Shown here one piece after another: positions 37,201 through 48,299 of a DNA stretch of 64,000 nucleotides. The notes under the pieces were generated by a model. That model was not told where the DNA came from and searched no databases. It saw only the letters and a program-made list of their open reading frames with translations. A program made the translations under genes and the position numbers. Source of the DNA: Marsupella aquatica (lineage: Eukaryota > Plantae > Marchantiophyta); the NCBI GenBank assembly GCA_973895155.1, contig OZ316898.1:3906480-3970479 (forward strand), given 5' to 3'. Positions within the stretch are counted from its first letter, which is position 1. Each line of letters starts with the position of its first letter.

Positions 37201-38150
37201 GAGGAGCTAGGTATTTGGTGTTTGCCAGAGAGGATTTGTCATCTTATATTGAGGGTAGAGCTCTTGCTTCTAACAAGAGTGAGCCTGTTTGTAGGTTTGT
37301 GTTAGAGGATATAATATCCAGGCATGGTTGTTTTTATCAAATGAGGGCAGATAGGGGTGAGTTAAACTCAGATGAGGCTCGTCAGTTCTTTGCTAAGTAC
37401 CACATTAAGCTTAAACTGACCACTTCCTACAATCCAGAGGGAAATGGGAAGAGTGAGAGGGGTCATCCACCTATAGTGAGTGCTTTCGTTAAGTCTTGTA
37501 GAGGTCGGGCTTCACTTTGGCCTAACTTTTTGCCACTTGCACTTATGGCAGATAGGATTACATGTAGTTCAGTTACTGGTTTTGCACCAGCTGAGTTGGT
37601 CTCAGGTCATCTACCTTTGATGCCTATCAAGGAGGCTGTACACAGCTGGAGATCCATTGAGTGGAAAGATGAGGTTTCAAGAGAGGAACTCCTAGCAAGA
37701 AGGATTGAACATTTCAGTTTGACACCAAGTAAGATTGATGAGGCCTTGGAGAAAGTGAAAGAGGCAAGAGAAGAGAGTAAGGGGAGATTTGATAGGAAGA
37801 AGAGACTTAGACCTATCCAGATTCAAGAAGGAGATTGGGTTCTCATTTCGGATGAGAGCTTGATAAACCAACACTCTACTCTTAAAAAGTTTGCCTTGAG
37901 GTGGAGTGGACCATTTATTGTGATGGAAGTGAGGGACAATGCTACATACAAAGTTCGTGAGCTTGATGGTGTTCCCCATGCCCATCTCTATGCAGGGAAA
38001 AGGGTCAAGTTGTTCAAAAGGAGAGGTCGATTTGTTGATGACACCTTTTTGGAGGAAGATACTAGTGTTGTGCTAGATGATGAGAATGATTTTGAGGGTG
38101 ATGAAAGTGATTCATCTAACGGTAAGGGTGATAGTGATGATGGAGATTGA
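34252..38150 (+). pseudogene. Gypsy protease + pol (RT, RNase H, integrase) with two in-frame stops
   Basis: IDSGSEVNLM, DLYSGYDQF, FLDD, IDSS / TDCLPL / ADMLSR, H-H-C-C zinc finger, LDIVHM / ADRGE / ERGH; stops at 35631-35633 and 35898-35900. Confidence 0.93.
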
Positions 38151-38201
38151 TATTTGCAGTGTGGAGCAGGCCAGAGGCTGCTCAGGTTTGGTAAGGGTGG
38201 A

Positions 38202-40443
38202 TGTCATGAGGTTTCCATCCTAAAGGAGGAATCCTCATGTTTTGTGAAGGAAGTTGAAACCAATTTTGCTTCTAACTTGGGCAAGTTGACTTGACTTGAG
38301 CTAACTTGACCAAGGTGAAGGAGGAAGTAGAGTTATGAGGGTCAAGGTAGGGATGAGGTTGAGCCTACCCACCCTTGTTACTATTGTGGGGTATGTTTTT
38401 TATTTGTGACCAGCGATTAAGTTATCATTTGGCGGATCGGCGGAATGGAGGTTGCTTGCTCGACAAGCAAGGTATTTAGGGTTTTGGCGACATGGTGACC
38501 AGGTTCATTGAATACATGGAGGAGGTGACCAGGTTCAAGGCATGTAAGAGGGTTTGGACCAAGTGCATCAGTTTTGTGAGATTTCGACTAGATTCAGATT
38601 TTTGTGTTAAATGGACCAGATTCAATGTATCTACTTCAACGGTGGATCTTGGTTTTGGTTAATGGATGGTTTGGATTGAAAGTGGAGATGTGAGTTAGGG
38701 CTTGGTGGAGGTCGTGGCGTTTTCAAAAAGGTCGAAGCTCTTTTGGTTTGCAAGTTACTAAGGAGGGGTTTTTTGGCTCATTTTTGGCCGTTTGATCTAA
38801 TTGGTGTGAGATCGAGGGCTGTGATTCAACGAGGATTTAAACCATAAGTGGAAGAGCTTGTGGGTGCCCTGAGCCTTCCCACGTGGATACTAAAGGAGGA
38901 AGTTCAATTGGCCAAGGGTTCGGAGGTTAGATGCTGCTGAAGTGCTGCCGTTTTGCCGTTTTGGAGTGTTAAGTCCCATTTTTAGTTGTAGGAGCGAACC
39001 TCTTGAGGGGAGCTCGAGCATGAGGCATGAGTGAAGGGGGAGCCCTCCTCCTTGGCCATGGCCTTAGGATTTTGAGGGTAGGAGATGTAGAGGCAATTTT
39101 GTGAAGAGATAGATGGAGTAGAAGCTTTGAATGTGAAGAGATTGAGTTTTGTGACGGTTTTTCTAGGGATTTGGAGAGAGGTTTCGAATGTAGGAGAGGC
39201 TGACTCGAAGCCTTAGGAAGGAGGTAGGATGTGAGTAGGAAGTATAAGGAGCTTGCATGAGAGATTACCCACAAGAAGGCATACTCGAATGTAGGTTTGT
39301 TGCTTCAAGTTTTGAGGAGAATGGACTTGTAGGAGATTTTCGAAAGCTTAGAGGAGATGAGACCTAATCTTGTTGAAGCTTGGGAGTCTTGCATTAGAGA
39401 TGGCTCACTAAGAAGGACTACTCTCTTGTAAACTCCTTGACTTGAAGCTTCGAAAGTAGATTTGGTTGATAGAAGGAAGTATGAGAGAAGGAGACTAGGG
39501 TTTTGAAGCTTGGATAGGCTATGGAGGGATTTTGAATGCTTGGTTGATGATTAGACTTGGTGATGATTCATTTTTGCTAGGAGGGTCTTGCTTGTGACCC
39601 ATGTTTTTACTTGGAGGCCATGATGCTACATGTGCCTTCTTGCTATGCATTTAGAGGAGAGGTATCCTCATTTTTGAGATGTGTGTTGATGCCTTGCTTT
39701 GGCTATGAGTGATGGAATGGTTAGAATGAATGTCTTCATGCCATTTTCGAATGTTGTGGTGAGCTTGAAGGTGTTTTTGAAAGTAGATGGGTTGAATGAA
39801 GGTACTTTCAAAAGTAGTTATTATGCATGAGGGAAGTTGCAAGAGTAAAGAGTGAAGGCATTTTCGATTGATGGATTGGGTTGTTTGTGGATTATACTTG
39901 GTGGTTCTACTAGAGGAAGGGACTAAGGTCAATTCCATGTTTGTTAAGGAGTTTGTTGACCAACCCTAGGTCACTTTTCGAAAGTAGTTTCCCATGTTTC
40001 GAAAGTTGGATGTTTGAATGGTGCATAGAGATGCCTTGCATACCTTTGGATGTCCCACTTGTCTTAGCCACAACCAAGAGTGACCCTTAACTTGACCACA
40101 TTGAATGTACACTTGAACTTGTGTACCTTAGAAGGTTGCAAGGGATTGTGTGCAATCAAGTGTTGGAAAAGGAATGGTGACCAATTGAATGTTGGGCTTA
40201 GACTTGTGAGGATTACATTGGGAAGCTTGAACTAGTTATTTTGATTGTGATTGGATATGAGTATGTAAATGGCTTGAGTTTCGAAAGCATGCATGCTTGC
40301 TTGCTTGCTTGTGATGATGTGGATGAAAGGAAGTGCTTAGGGTCTACTTTAACTTGTTTGCAACCGTTTCCTATCTCAAGCAGCCATACACCCTGCATGT
40401 CCCTTGAGCCTCTTTTCCCACCTCTTTGCTTATCCTCAGGACA
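38202..40443 (+). repeat. 3' LTR of the Gypsy element (2242 bp)
   Basis: Terminal inverted repeat TGTCATGAGG ... CCTCAGGACA directly after the PPT. Confidence 0.8.
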
Positions 40444-40945
40444 CCGACGTGTCTCACTACGTCATGTTGCTTAGTTGGATCAGTAGTTCCCTGATTTGTT
40501 ATATACCCCTGTCAGCTATCAGAGGTTATCAGCACGCTTTGCCAACAGACATCTCACTTTAGGGGGCGACGGATTTAGTACGCGTCAGTGAGATTCACCT
40601 CATGATTGCTGGTTGGCCATGCCAGGGCCATTCCTCTGCTAGGACAGGATCTGGTCTCAAAGACCATCGTTCTCACATGTTTTGGGAGATGCTGCGTGTC
40701 ATGAGGTTTTTGCAAGAGCAGCAACATGTCTCTCCCACCTACATTATGGAGAATGTTCCCTTGTTGGGTGATCGATACTAGGTCATAGATGCTGCTAGTG
40801 TTGGATCAACGGCACATCGTCCATGATTATGGTGGACCAACTTGATGCCATCTGAGGTTTTGCAGAGGGCATATCAGTGCGGCTTGTTGGGCTCACCGTG
40901 GATCACATTTTGGATGCTGGACGTCATGCATAATTGGTGCACCAC
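40444..40945 (+). pseudogene. C5 cytosine DNA methyltransferase fragment (DNMT3-like, probably retrotransposon-borne)
   Basis: Manual translation: IHLMIAGWPCQGHS (motif IV, 40611-40634) ...GLKDHRSHMFWEMLRV...YIMENVP (motif VI, 40749-40757) ...DAASVGSTAHRP*LWWTNL (motif VIII). Stops and frameshifts present; missed by the ORF track. Confidence 0.85.
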
Positions 40946-41115
40946 GATGTGTTATGTTATGGATTTTGGCGTACATGTGTTGTGTGTCGTGTGATTATTT
41001 TTTTCTTGTTTACATGGTGTGCTGCAATGTGAGTTGTGTATAGCTGTGTGTCCGCACAACACCCATCTTGGAGAGGCTCTTCAAGATTCCAACAATTCTT
41101 GGAGACTTTGCTGAC

Positions 41116-41225
41116 CAATCTCGGAGAGGCCTCTGAGATTGACACAAAATAGGATGTCAATCTCGGAGAGGTCTCCGAGATTGATTAAAAAATAGGGGTC
41201 AATCTCGGAGAGGCCTCCGAGATTG
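41116..41225. repeat. Three 26-bp palindromes (CAATCTCGGAG-AGGC-CTCCGAGATTG) at 42-bp period
   Basis: Copies at 41116, 41158 and 41200 with similar 16-bp linkers; degenerate copies at ~41066-41110. Confidence 0.85.
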
Positions 41226-42785
41226 TCCAAAAACATGTCGACGACTGATATCAGTCACTGATAACTGATGAAATTGCTCCTCTCATCCTTAGCTATTTTT
41301 CAACATAAGTGCCCCTAGGGTGTATAAAAGTTCCAAAAACTTTATCATGGCTATCATGGTCACACAAATATGTACACCATATTATTTAACAAGCAAGCTA
41401 AATAAGTTGTTAGCAATGGGCAGCACCAAGCTGCAAAGCTAGCAATGGCATCACAAAGTCCTGGGAGGAGATTGGCTATGGCAGCACAAGGTCCTAGGAG
41501 GCACTGCTACATCTCTCCTCACTCTAGGGCTGGTTGGGAGGTCGATCGGGAGCCAGGTACGTGGGTGGGCCCTGCAATGGCCGGGTAGGGGATCCGTGAC
41601 AGGGACTTTGTCCCAACTCGGGCAGAATGGCATGCGCTCGGGCAGGGATCGGGGTACCTTTATACCCCGGGTTGTGGTTTAAAATAAATGCCTAGTTAAA
41701 ATGTAAGTTATTCAGATAGATACCATTTATTTATGCTACAAGACAAAATAGAAAATGCTATTCCAGAATGGGCCAGCTATATATATATATGGGGAGCATC
41801 CAACATTTGACAGGTGCAAGTAGCAAATCAAATTTACAATTGTTAGTTCATGGGATGACCACAATGAAGCCAAATAAATAATACTTCTTAACCCTAAATT
41901 CCTCCAACCTAACAAGACAAACATTAATTGAATGATAGATGTGTGTCAGTGTGTATTCTTAATTCATTACTCAGGCTTTGTCATAATCGCCTCAATTCAT
42001 CACTCATGCTTGTCATAATCGTCCTTAATTCATCACTCATGACTGTCATAAATTCTTCGTCCCCAAAGTGCAACCACTGAAGTACCGATCGAGTGCAGCA
42101 ATTAAGTTATTTCCGCCCCTGACAGTTCTCACTTCTCAGTTCTCACTTTCTCAATGGATTCAATGGAAGCTTGCAAACCGCGAGGCAACTACCATCGATC
42201 AACTGATACTGACAAACCTAACAAGGAACTGATCATCACCCACTAGTCCCGGAATTATCTTATTAGTTTGGCAGAAATCAAGGTTTACAAGGACCCAATT
42301 TGATGAGTCGTGGGTGCGAGCACACACACAAGAATCTGAGAGGCGAGGCCTCAACCTGACTCATCCAATTCGAAGCTAAGCAAGCGGATAGGAATTCCAC
42401 CACCTAACAGCTAAGCAAGCGGAGAGGAATTCCACCACCTAACACAGTGTGATGGCTGACTGAGTAATCGAGTATTTCCAGATGGGAAATACTGCCGCGA
42501 CTAGCGTTCGTCCAAACGCGCCCCCAGAAAGCTTGCAAATGCAATGCGAGATTCATCGATTAAAGGACCGCGTAGATACTGAGCTGACAGATCTACCAAG
42601 GAACTGATGACCCGCGGTCAGTACGTTGGTGCATACACCAGACTCGGACTCGAATTATTTCACTAGTTTGGCAGAACTGGATCACGTGACTAATCAAGGT
42701 GTCTTTGACCAGAGCTACGAGAACCAAATTTCATCGAGCCGTCCTACTGTTTTATGCGTGGTACGTCACTCGAACCGCTTGGGAC

Positions 42786-42790
42786 TATAA
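42786..42790 (+). promoter_or_regulatory. TATA box of the 43167 gene
   Basis: gggacTATAAcatcttccg, positionally equivalent to the TATAAAA boxes at 237-243 and 11648-11654. Confidence 0.55.
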
Positions 42791-42954
42791 CATCTTCCGC
42801 GTGCAGCACAGCAGCAGCATGTAAATATCTCTGTCGAGGCATCTAGTACGTAGCGCCGCTCTGTGTTCGTCCCCGTGTTCGACTGCCCGGAGATAGGGAA
42901 AGGGACTCTGCGTTATGCAAATTTCATATTTGTAATCTGGCTTCTGAAGTCGTT

Positions 42955-43176
42955 GATTACAGCAGAGATTCGGGCCGTTGGCGTCGCAGAAACATCTTCA
43001 TTTTGGCAGCTTTATCAGGGAAGATCCCGCGACGTGAATAGGCTGATCTCTTACCATGGCGGCGTGATTACAGCAGAGATTCGGGCCGTTGGCTTCGCAG
43101 AAACATCTTCACTTTGGCAGATTTGTCAGGGGGGATCCCGCGACGTGAATCGGCTGATCTCTTACCATGGCGGCGA
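42955..43176 (+). repeat. 111-bp tandem duplication covering the 5' UTR and start codon; creates uORF ATG GCG GCG TGA at 43056-43067
   Basis: gattacagcagagattcgggccgttggc...ctcttaccatggcggcg at 42955 and 43066. Confidence 0.92.
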
Positions 43177-43802
43177 TTGCCAGCAAGCGGTGGTCGTTGA
43201 TGAGTGCACTGGCGTTGGTTCTGTGTGTTCTCGCACAGGCCTCGCTCTCTTCTGCCACTGGATTTGAGTTTGAAGTGTCTTTCTCAGCATCTCCTCTCCC
43301 GGATGTCTCGCTGCCAAAGTTGCCGTCACTCCCCCATTATTCTTTGCCGCCACTCTCGCTGCCAAAGTTGCCATCACTCCCTCATCTATCCTTGCCTCCG
43401 CTCTCCCTGCCAAAGTTGCCATCACTCCCTCATCTTTCCTTGCCCCCGCTTCCCAGCGAAGTCACCATCCCGGGGATCAAATTTCCCGGTTTCTCCATTC
43501 CGCCAGAGCAGCCCCTGAAGTCCCTGCATTTGCCTTCTCTGCCCCCTCAGTCAATTCATATTCCTGCGTTGCCCGGAATCAACTTAAAATCGGCAACCAT
43601 CCTTCCTCCTTTGCCGGCTGCGCGATTCCCAGGTTACTCGCATCCTCCAACGCCCGCAACAGCAATCCCAGTCCCGAAGTTCAACCCCGCAGAGCTTACT
43701 CTTCCGGGCTTCAAAGTTCCCGAAGTTTCTATCCCTCCGAAGAGTTTTTCATTCCCCCGACGTGCATTGCCGAAGCATGCGCAGACCAAGACTAAGAATT
43801 AG
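43167..43802 (+). CDS. Secreted Pro/Leu-rich protein, PELPK-like (211 aa), paralog of 10780-11391
   Basis: Intact ORF with the same signal peptide; an 8-aa in-frame repeat expansion relative to the paralog. Confidence 0.85.
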   Translation: MAAIASKRWSLMSALALVLCVLAQASLSSATGFEFEVSFSASPLPDVSLPKLPSLPHYSLPPLSLPKLPSLPHLSLPPLSLPKLPSLPHLSLPPLPSEVTIPGIKFPGFSIPPEQPLKSLHLPSLPPQSIHIPALPGINLKSATILPPLPAARFPGYSHPPTPATAIPVPKFNPAELTLPGFKVPEVSIPPKSFSFPRRALPKHAQTKTKN

Positions 43803-45577
43803 CAAGATACGAGTTGTGAGCTGCGATCCTTGTACGTTCTCCGCTGGTAAGAATTTCTCGATAGTAAGTAGGTCAATTTTAAGCTGTTTGACATTGTATT
43901 TCTCATGTGTTGACGTATGAAAAATCACCGTCTTCCGTCCAGGAAATTGATAGAATTCACTCCCTTCACTGCTGTCTACGCACTCAGTGATCGAGCAAGA
44001 GAAGATTTGCAGGTGCATTCATTTGGCAACGGTACCTATTGCCGAGTCTAGTTATGTTGACACTGAATTCTTGAAACTTGCAAATACTTTTTCAGGAATG
44101 ACGACGTTCACAATGACACACGCATGCAGTTGGCAAGGAAAGGATTGAGGCGGACAAGATCAGTTCACGATTCTGTTGTTCCGTATAAAATTATTTTACA
44201 GCAATGACCGAATTGGGTCAGAGCCAGATGTTTCTCGGGTTAGGAATAAGTGGGCCGACTCAATCATAGATTCATTCTTGTGTTAGAATAATAAGTGGTG
44301 CGATAAATTGCTTCACAAATTATGATATGCAGGCTGGGAGTACTAAGGGCATGACTGCGTAACTCGTTCCTAAAGATGTAATCATCATTTCATGTATTAC
44401 CATTTGTCCCCTGACGATAACTGAAAGTGGATTGCAAAAACAACACAGTTAAGGATATGATGTGACCTCCCATCTGCTACACTTGCTTGTCCATTTGACT
44501 AAAAAGTGCTTCTTCATGATTCGATCCATGCAGGGTGTCATGTTAACTCAAATGTGAAACTGACATGGAGGGCACTATTAATTGGCGGAGTCCAACAAAG
44601 GGAGCTAAGGACTTGTTGGAATTTAGGACAAAATTACCGTTCAGCCTTCCCTTCTGCCTTTGTCCTGCTTACGGTTATTACTTGGCGCCCCTAATTTCCC
44701 GGAGTTCACCTGCTCTGGCCGGGGCCACCTGCTTAGTCGCTCCACTAGCAGCATCGAAACTGTGTATAAGACTCTGCCCTTAGGGGACTTATGACTCTGC
44801 CCTTAGGGGACTTCTAATCAAGCTTTCCATTGAAAACTTCCATAGGACAGAGGCATTTTTGGGAAAACAAGATAGGGGACAGACTTTGCATTTTGAAGAT
44901 TAGAGGAGATAGGGTTGGCCCCTAATGTCTCAATATGCTGTGAATTAAAACTGTGCCGAATTTGCGGGAAACCTACGATACCTTGATCGAGGCAGGTGAT
45001 GCCATGTAATTGACAATCATCTGCCTGAGTCTTCCGTGACCCAAGTTGCAGATTTGATGGAGATGCTGCTTGTCCCGGCCCATCTCTTCATTTTCTCCTC
45101 AACATGCCAAGAAGTTAGAGGTTGATATCCCTAATTCAGGATTCAGAGATCGCCCAAATTGATCTCAACTCATCCAGACATACTAACAATGTGATCCAAG
45201 GAACAAAACTGAGCTCGCTGGCCTCAACAACATGACAATGCTTGATCGATTCATAAACCTAAAGTGCCTCCCCAGACAAAAGAAGAATTTTTTAATTTGC
45301 TGTCGAACGATAGGTGTATAACATGTTGAGCAAAGATTTTAAGGACGTCATCCCAGGGATCTGAAGAGACCTTGCAAGAGATTGCTCCAAAGCTGCCATG
45401 GAGAACATTCCTCTTGTCATAGGAGACTCGCGCTTGGCTGCGCACAATGAGACTCACAAGGTGTACGATGCGAGAGTTCAATCTTGTTCACTAGAGAGGC
45501 TTGTTAATTCTTTTGACTCACGTTTGTGATCCATCCGAAAAGAAAAGGAAAATATATGCCCGGTCAGAATTATCTCT

Positions 45578-45770
45578 AATACCAATAGCAGTGCGATGTT
45601 GTTCAAATTTGAACCCGGATAGAGCCTTGGTTACAATATCTGCTGGCTGGTGATCAGTCGATGTGTATTGCAGTGTAATCTCCCCTTCCAAGACTCGTTC
45701 TCAAATAAAATGATGAACATATGTTTAGTCCTAGCATGAAAACAGGATTCTTAGCTACACTAATTGCGTA
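45578..45770 (-). pseudogene. Copia RNase H C-terminal remnant
   Basis: Minus strand FHARTKH...HFI*ERVLEGEITLQYTSTDHQPADIVTKAL. Confidence 0.75.
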
Positions 45771-46264
45771 GCCCATTAAATTCAGTATCCCACGTATAAT
45801 AGTGTGACTCACACCATTTCGGGTGTCACTCTAATTGGAGGTCACACTATAGTCTCAGTAATTGATGGGTGCAATGCTTGCACATCGATCTTGCAGTCCA
45901 GCTAGAACACCCATAGGTCCATGCGTGGATAGGTTTCAGCGTAATAGAATGTAGCGGCACCTTTGTATTCCCAAGCAGATGAACATGCCAGTATGAGAAT
46001 GATACAAAGTGAGAAGAGCCCTAGCTGGGGATATCCAGGAATAAGTGTAGTAAACGTGTTGCCCGAGACAGTCGTGTAAAGCGGCATCAGTTTCAACTAC
46101 ACACTGAGAAAATGATTGACAACACACAACAAGCCAGCCTTGGGCATAAAGGTGAGACTGAAGTGGACGCTCAATACGAAGTGAAAAGTTGTGAACATTT
46201 CAATAGAACAAAAATAAGTTACATGGATGACCATTTCAATATACACTTTACACCGAAGTGCCAG

Positions 46265-46438
46265 TAACCAATCTATTGCTACTTTAATGCCTACCTAAGC
46301 TGTCAAAGACCTTAGATATATTGATCGAACCCGTGATTGGATTGAAGTCTAACCAATCTATTGTTACTTTGATGCCTACGTACCTAAGCTGTCAAAGACC
46401 CGAGATATATTGATCGAACCTGTGATTGGATTGAAGTC
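46265..46438. repeat. ~85-bp tandem duplication
   Basis: taaccaatctattg...gtgattggattgaagtc at 46265 and 46350. Confidence 0.85.
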
Positions 46439-46679
46439 CAGCAGTTATAGCGCTGTATACTGGATCAACTTAATTACTCTACTAGTACATAATATGTAGT
46501 GTGTGTTCGCCTGGAACATCAATACTCCGAGGGAAAAAAGGAACAGTGGCACTGCTAATTGTTTGAGAGGCTGGGGTCTTCAAAACCCAGAGGAAAAAAG
46601 CAATAGTGGGATTGCTGCCTGGGCTCTTCCATCCAAACAGATAGTCCATGATATTTAGTCAAGTATGCTCTACTGGTTG

Positions 46680-47171
46680 CTATTTAGTTGCCCAAGGTTG
46701 CTCTGCTGGGTCTTTCCCTGGCAGATACTCCCACTTTCCATCTCCCGAGAACCGTCCACTCAAAGTCTGCCATCTTTGAAGCTGTCGAGTTGTATCTCCT
46801 TCTAGATCAATTCGGAAATGAGACTCAGGGACTAATTTGCCAGTCATTAGGCATGCACTTAGCCAGTCCCATCCCACAACCTTCCCTGTGGACTGCAGTT
46901 GAAATGGACATCTCTGGCATCTCCAATGAAGCTCCAAAACATGCTGCCAAGACGAATTTGTGATAACGTGTGTAGTTTTCTCTGAGATCTGAGGTGTTCG
47001 AAGCCCTCCTTTCTTCCAAAATTTGGTGGCCAAGATATTGTATCTTGGAGTCTTTTCCCCGTCCAACACCCACACTGCATTGACACCATCAAAGATCTTG
47101 AATCTTTGGAGATCAAGGTCTGTAACTCTCTTTCGTTTGGATGATGATGAACTGGCTGCCATTGATTCCAA
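46680..47171 (-). CDS. Small single-BRCT-domain protein (163 aa), BRCT resembling that of plant DNA polymerase lambda
   Basis: IFDGV...KKGG...ISEKTTHVIT...VVGWDWLSACLMTGKLVPESHF has the BRCT hallmarks (FxG, GG, THVI, WxxxC); N-terminal KRKR; candidate 5' UTR intron acceptor (gagcag) at ~47236. Confidence 0.7.
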   Translation of the reverse strand: MESMAASSSSSKRKRVTDLDLQRFKIFDGVNAVWVLDGEKTPRYNILATKFWKKGGLRTPQISEKTTHVITNSSWQHVLELHWRCQRCPFQLQSTGKVVGWDWLSACLMTGKLVPESHFRIDLEGDTTRQLQRWQTLSGRFSGDGKWEYLPGKDPAEQPWATK

Positions 47172-48299
47172 TCTGCCAATCTTGAGACCTTGTACATACT
47201 ACAGCTTGGGGCCAGCCATCACACAGTTCTCCGTCCTGCTCAAAACCACCCGGGAAAATAGATCAGAATAAATCATTCAACATGCAAGAGATTGCGGAGA
47301 GGAAAAGTTCTGATGAGTTCTCGCTGACCTAAGTATCACTCACTTATGCACAGCTTGATCAACGCCACCGAGCAATGTAGCTAGGCAAAATAAAACACTA
47401 TTCAATCTTCACTTGCACTTGGAGCGAAGCAAACTTGAGCGCGCATGGGATACTGTCAAGAGAGTGTATAGACCGTAAGAGATGACTGAAGTCAACAATG
47501 TCTGGGGAATTTTGCTAGTGAGCACCGGGGTGAGCATTGTACGTAAAACCAAGTCCAAGAGATATAATTTATGGGCCTAAAATGCCAAGGGAATTGACGA
47601 TGTAAAGTTGTCGGCTCGTGCAATGTCCGGGAGAAAATTCTTTGAGAGCGCAAATTTCTTAAACGTTGCCCTTGAATTCCTTGGACCCTCACCGCTCCAT
47701 TGGGAATGAAGGAAATGCCTTACTTCTTTCGTGTTCTGTCCAACAACTAATGACTAACGACTAAGGACCGACCATCTGGGCAACCATTTTTTGAGGGCCT
47801 CAACGACACAAATTTCCTATCTGCGATAAATTTAAATTTCTTATTTTGCAGCGCTTCATGATCGTTGAGGCCTAAATTTTGAAAGTCTAAAATTTGTAAA
47901 ATATGAGTGAGTCAAAAGTTAGCAGCCCTTGCACGTACATGGCAACTGCGCCCACATTCATAGCCAAGATCCTTTAATTTACTTTCTACGTGAGCAAGAA
48001 GCATTTGTAGATCATCCACATTCATTTGCAATGGTGCAGCGATTAGACCAGAATCTTGAAACTCCACATTGTAGAATTTGAAGTGTATGTAAATTGAAAC
48101 TCCACATTTCCCTCTGCGGTGATGGAAAGAAGCTCAAGGAGCACAATGTCACTTGGCAGCCCTATCCTTGCTGCATTTTCTCGTGCGTCACAGACTCATC
48201 CTGTTTCTTCTCAAATAGTTGCATTACCTGAACTTGATGCAAACAATGACACTTCGCTCCTCTCAGCAAACCACAAACATAGATAACAGCAAGTATCAA

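Larger units (their letters stand above)
34104..40443 (+). mobile_element. 5'-truncated Ty3/Gypsy element, Phygy-like non-chromovirus, with a 2.2-kb 3' LTR
   Basis: PR-RT-RH-INT order; purine tract ggtaagggtgga before the LTR; gag and 5' LTR missing. The lineage call rests on the RT signature LPQGATNSVAHMQ...PFLDDIPIKG. Confidence 0.88.
42480..45548. repeat. Right arm of the inverted segmental duplication (partner 8964-11950)
   Basis: See left arm; in addition 42295-42460 matches 7475-7625 in reverse complement. Confidence 0.9.

Noticed and set aside
38202-40443. A third ORF-containing LTR
   Set aside because: Only short low-complexity ORFs, with no similarity to the two LTR-internal proteins.
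41116-41225. CRISPR-like palindromic repeats with spacers
   Set aside because: Spacers are only 16 bp and resemble each other, there are no cas genes, and the context is eukaryotic.
42863-43267. 134-aa ORF with an internal repeat upstream of the 43167 gene
   Set aside because: By-product of the 111-bp duplication, non-ATG start, not conserved in the paralogs.
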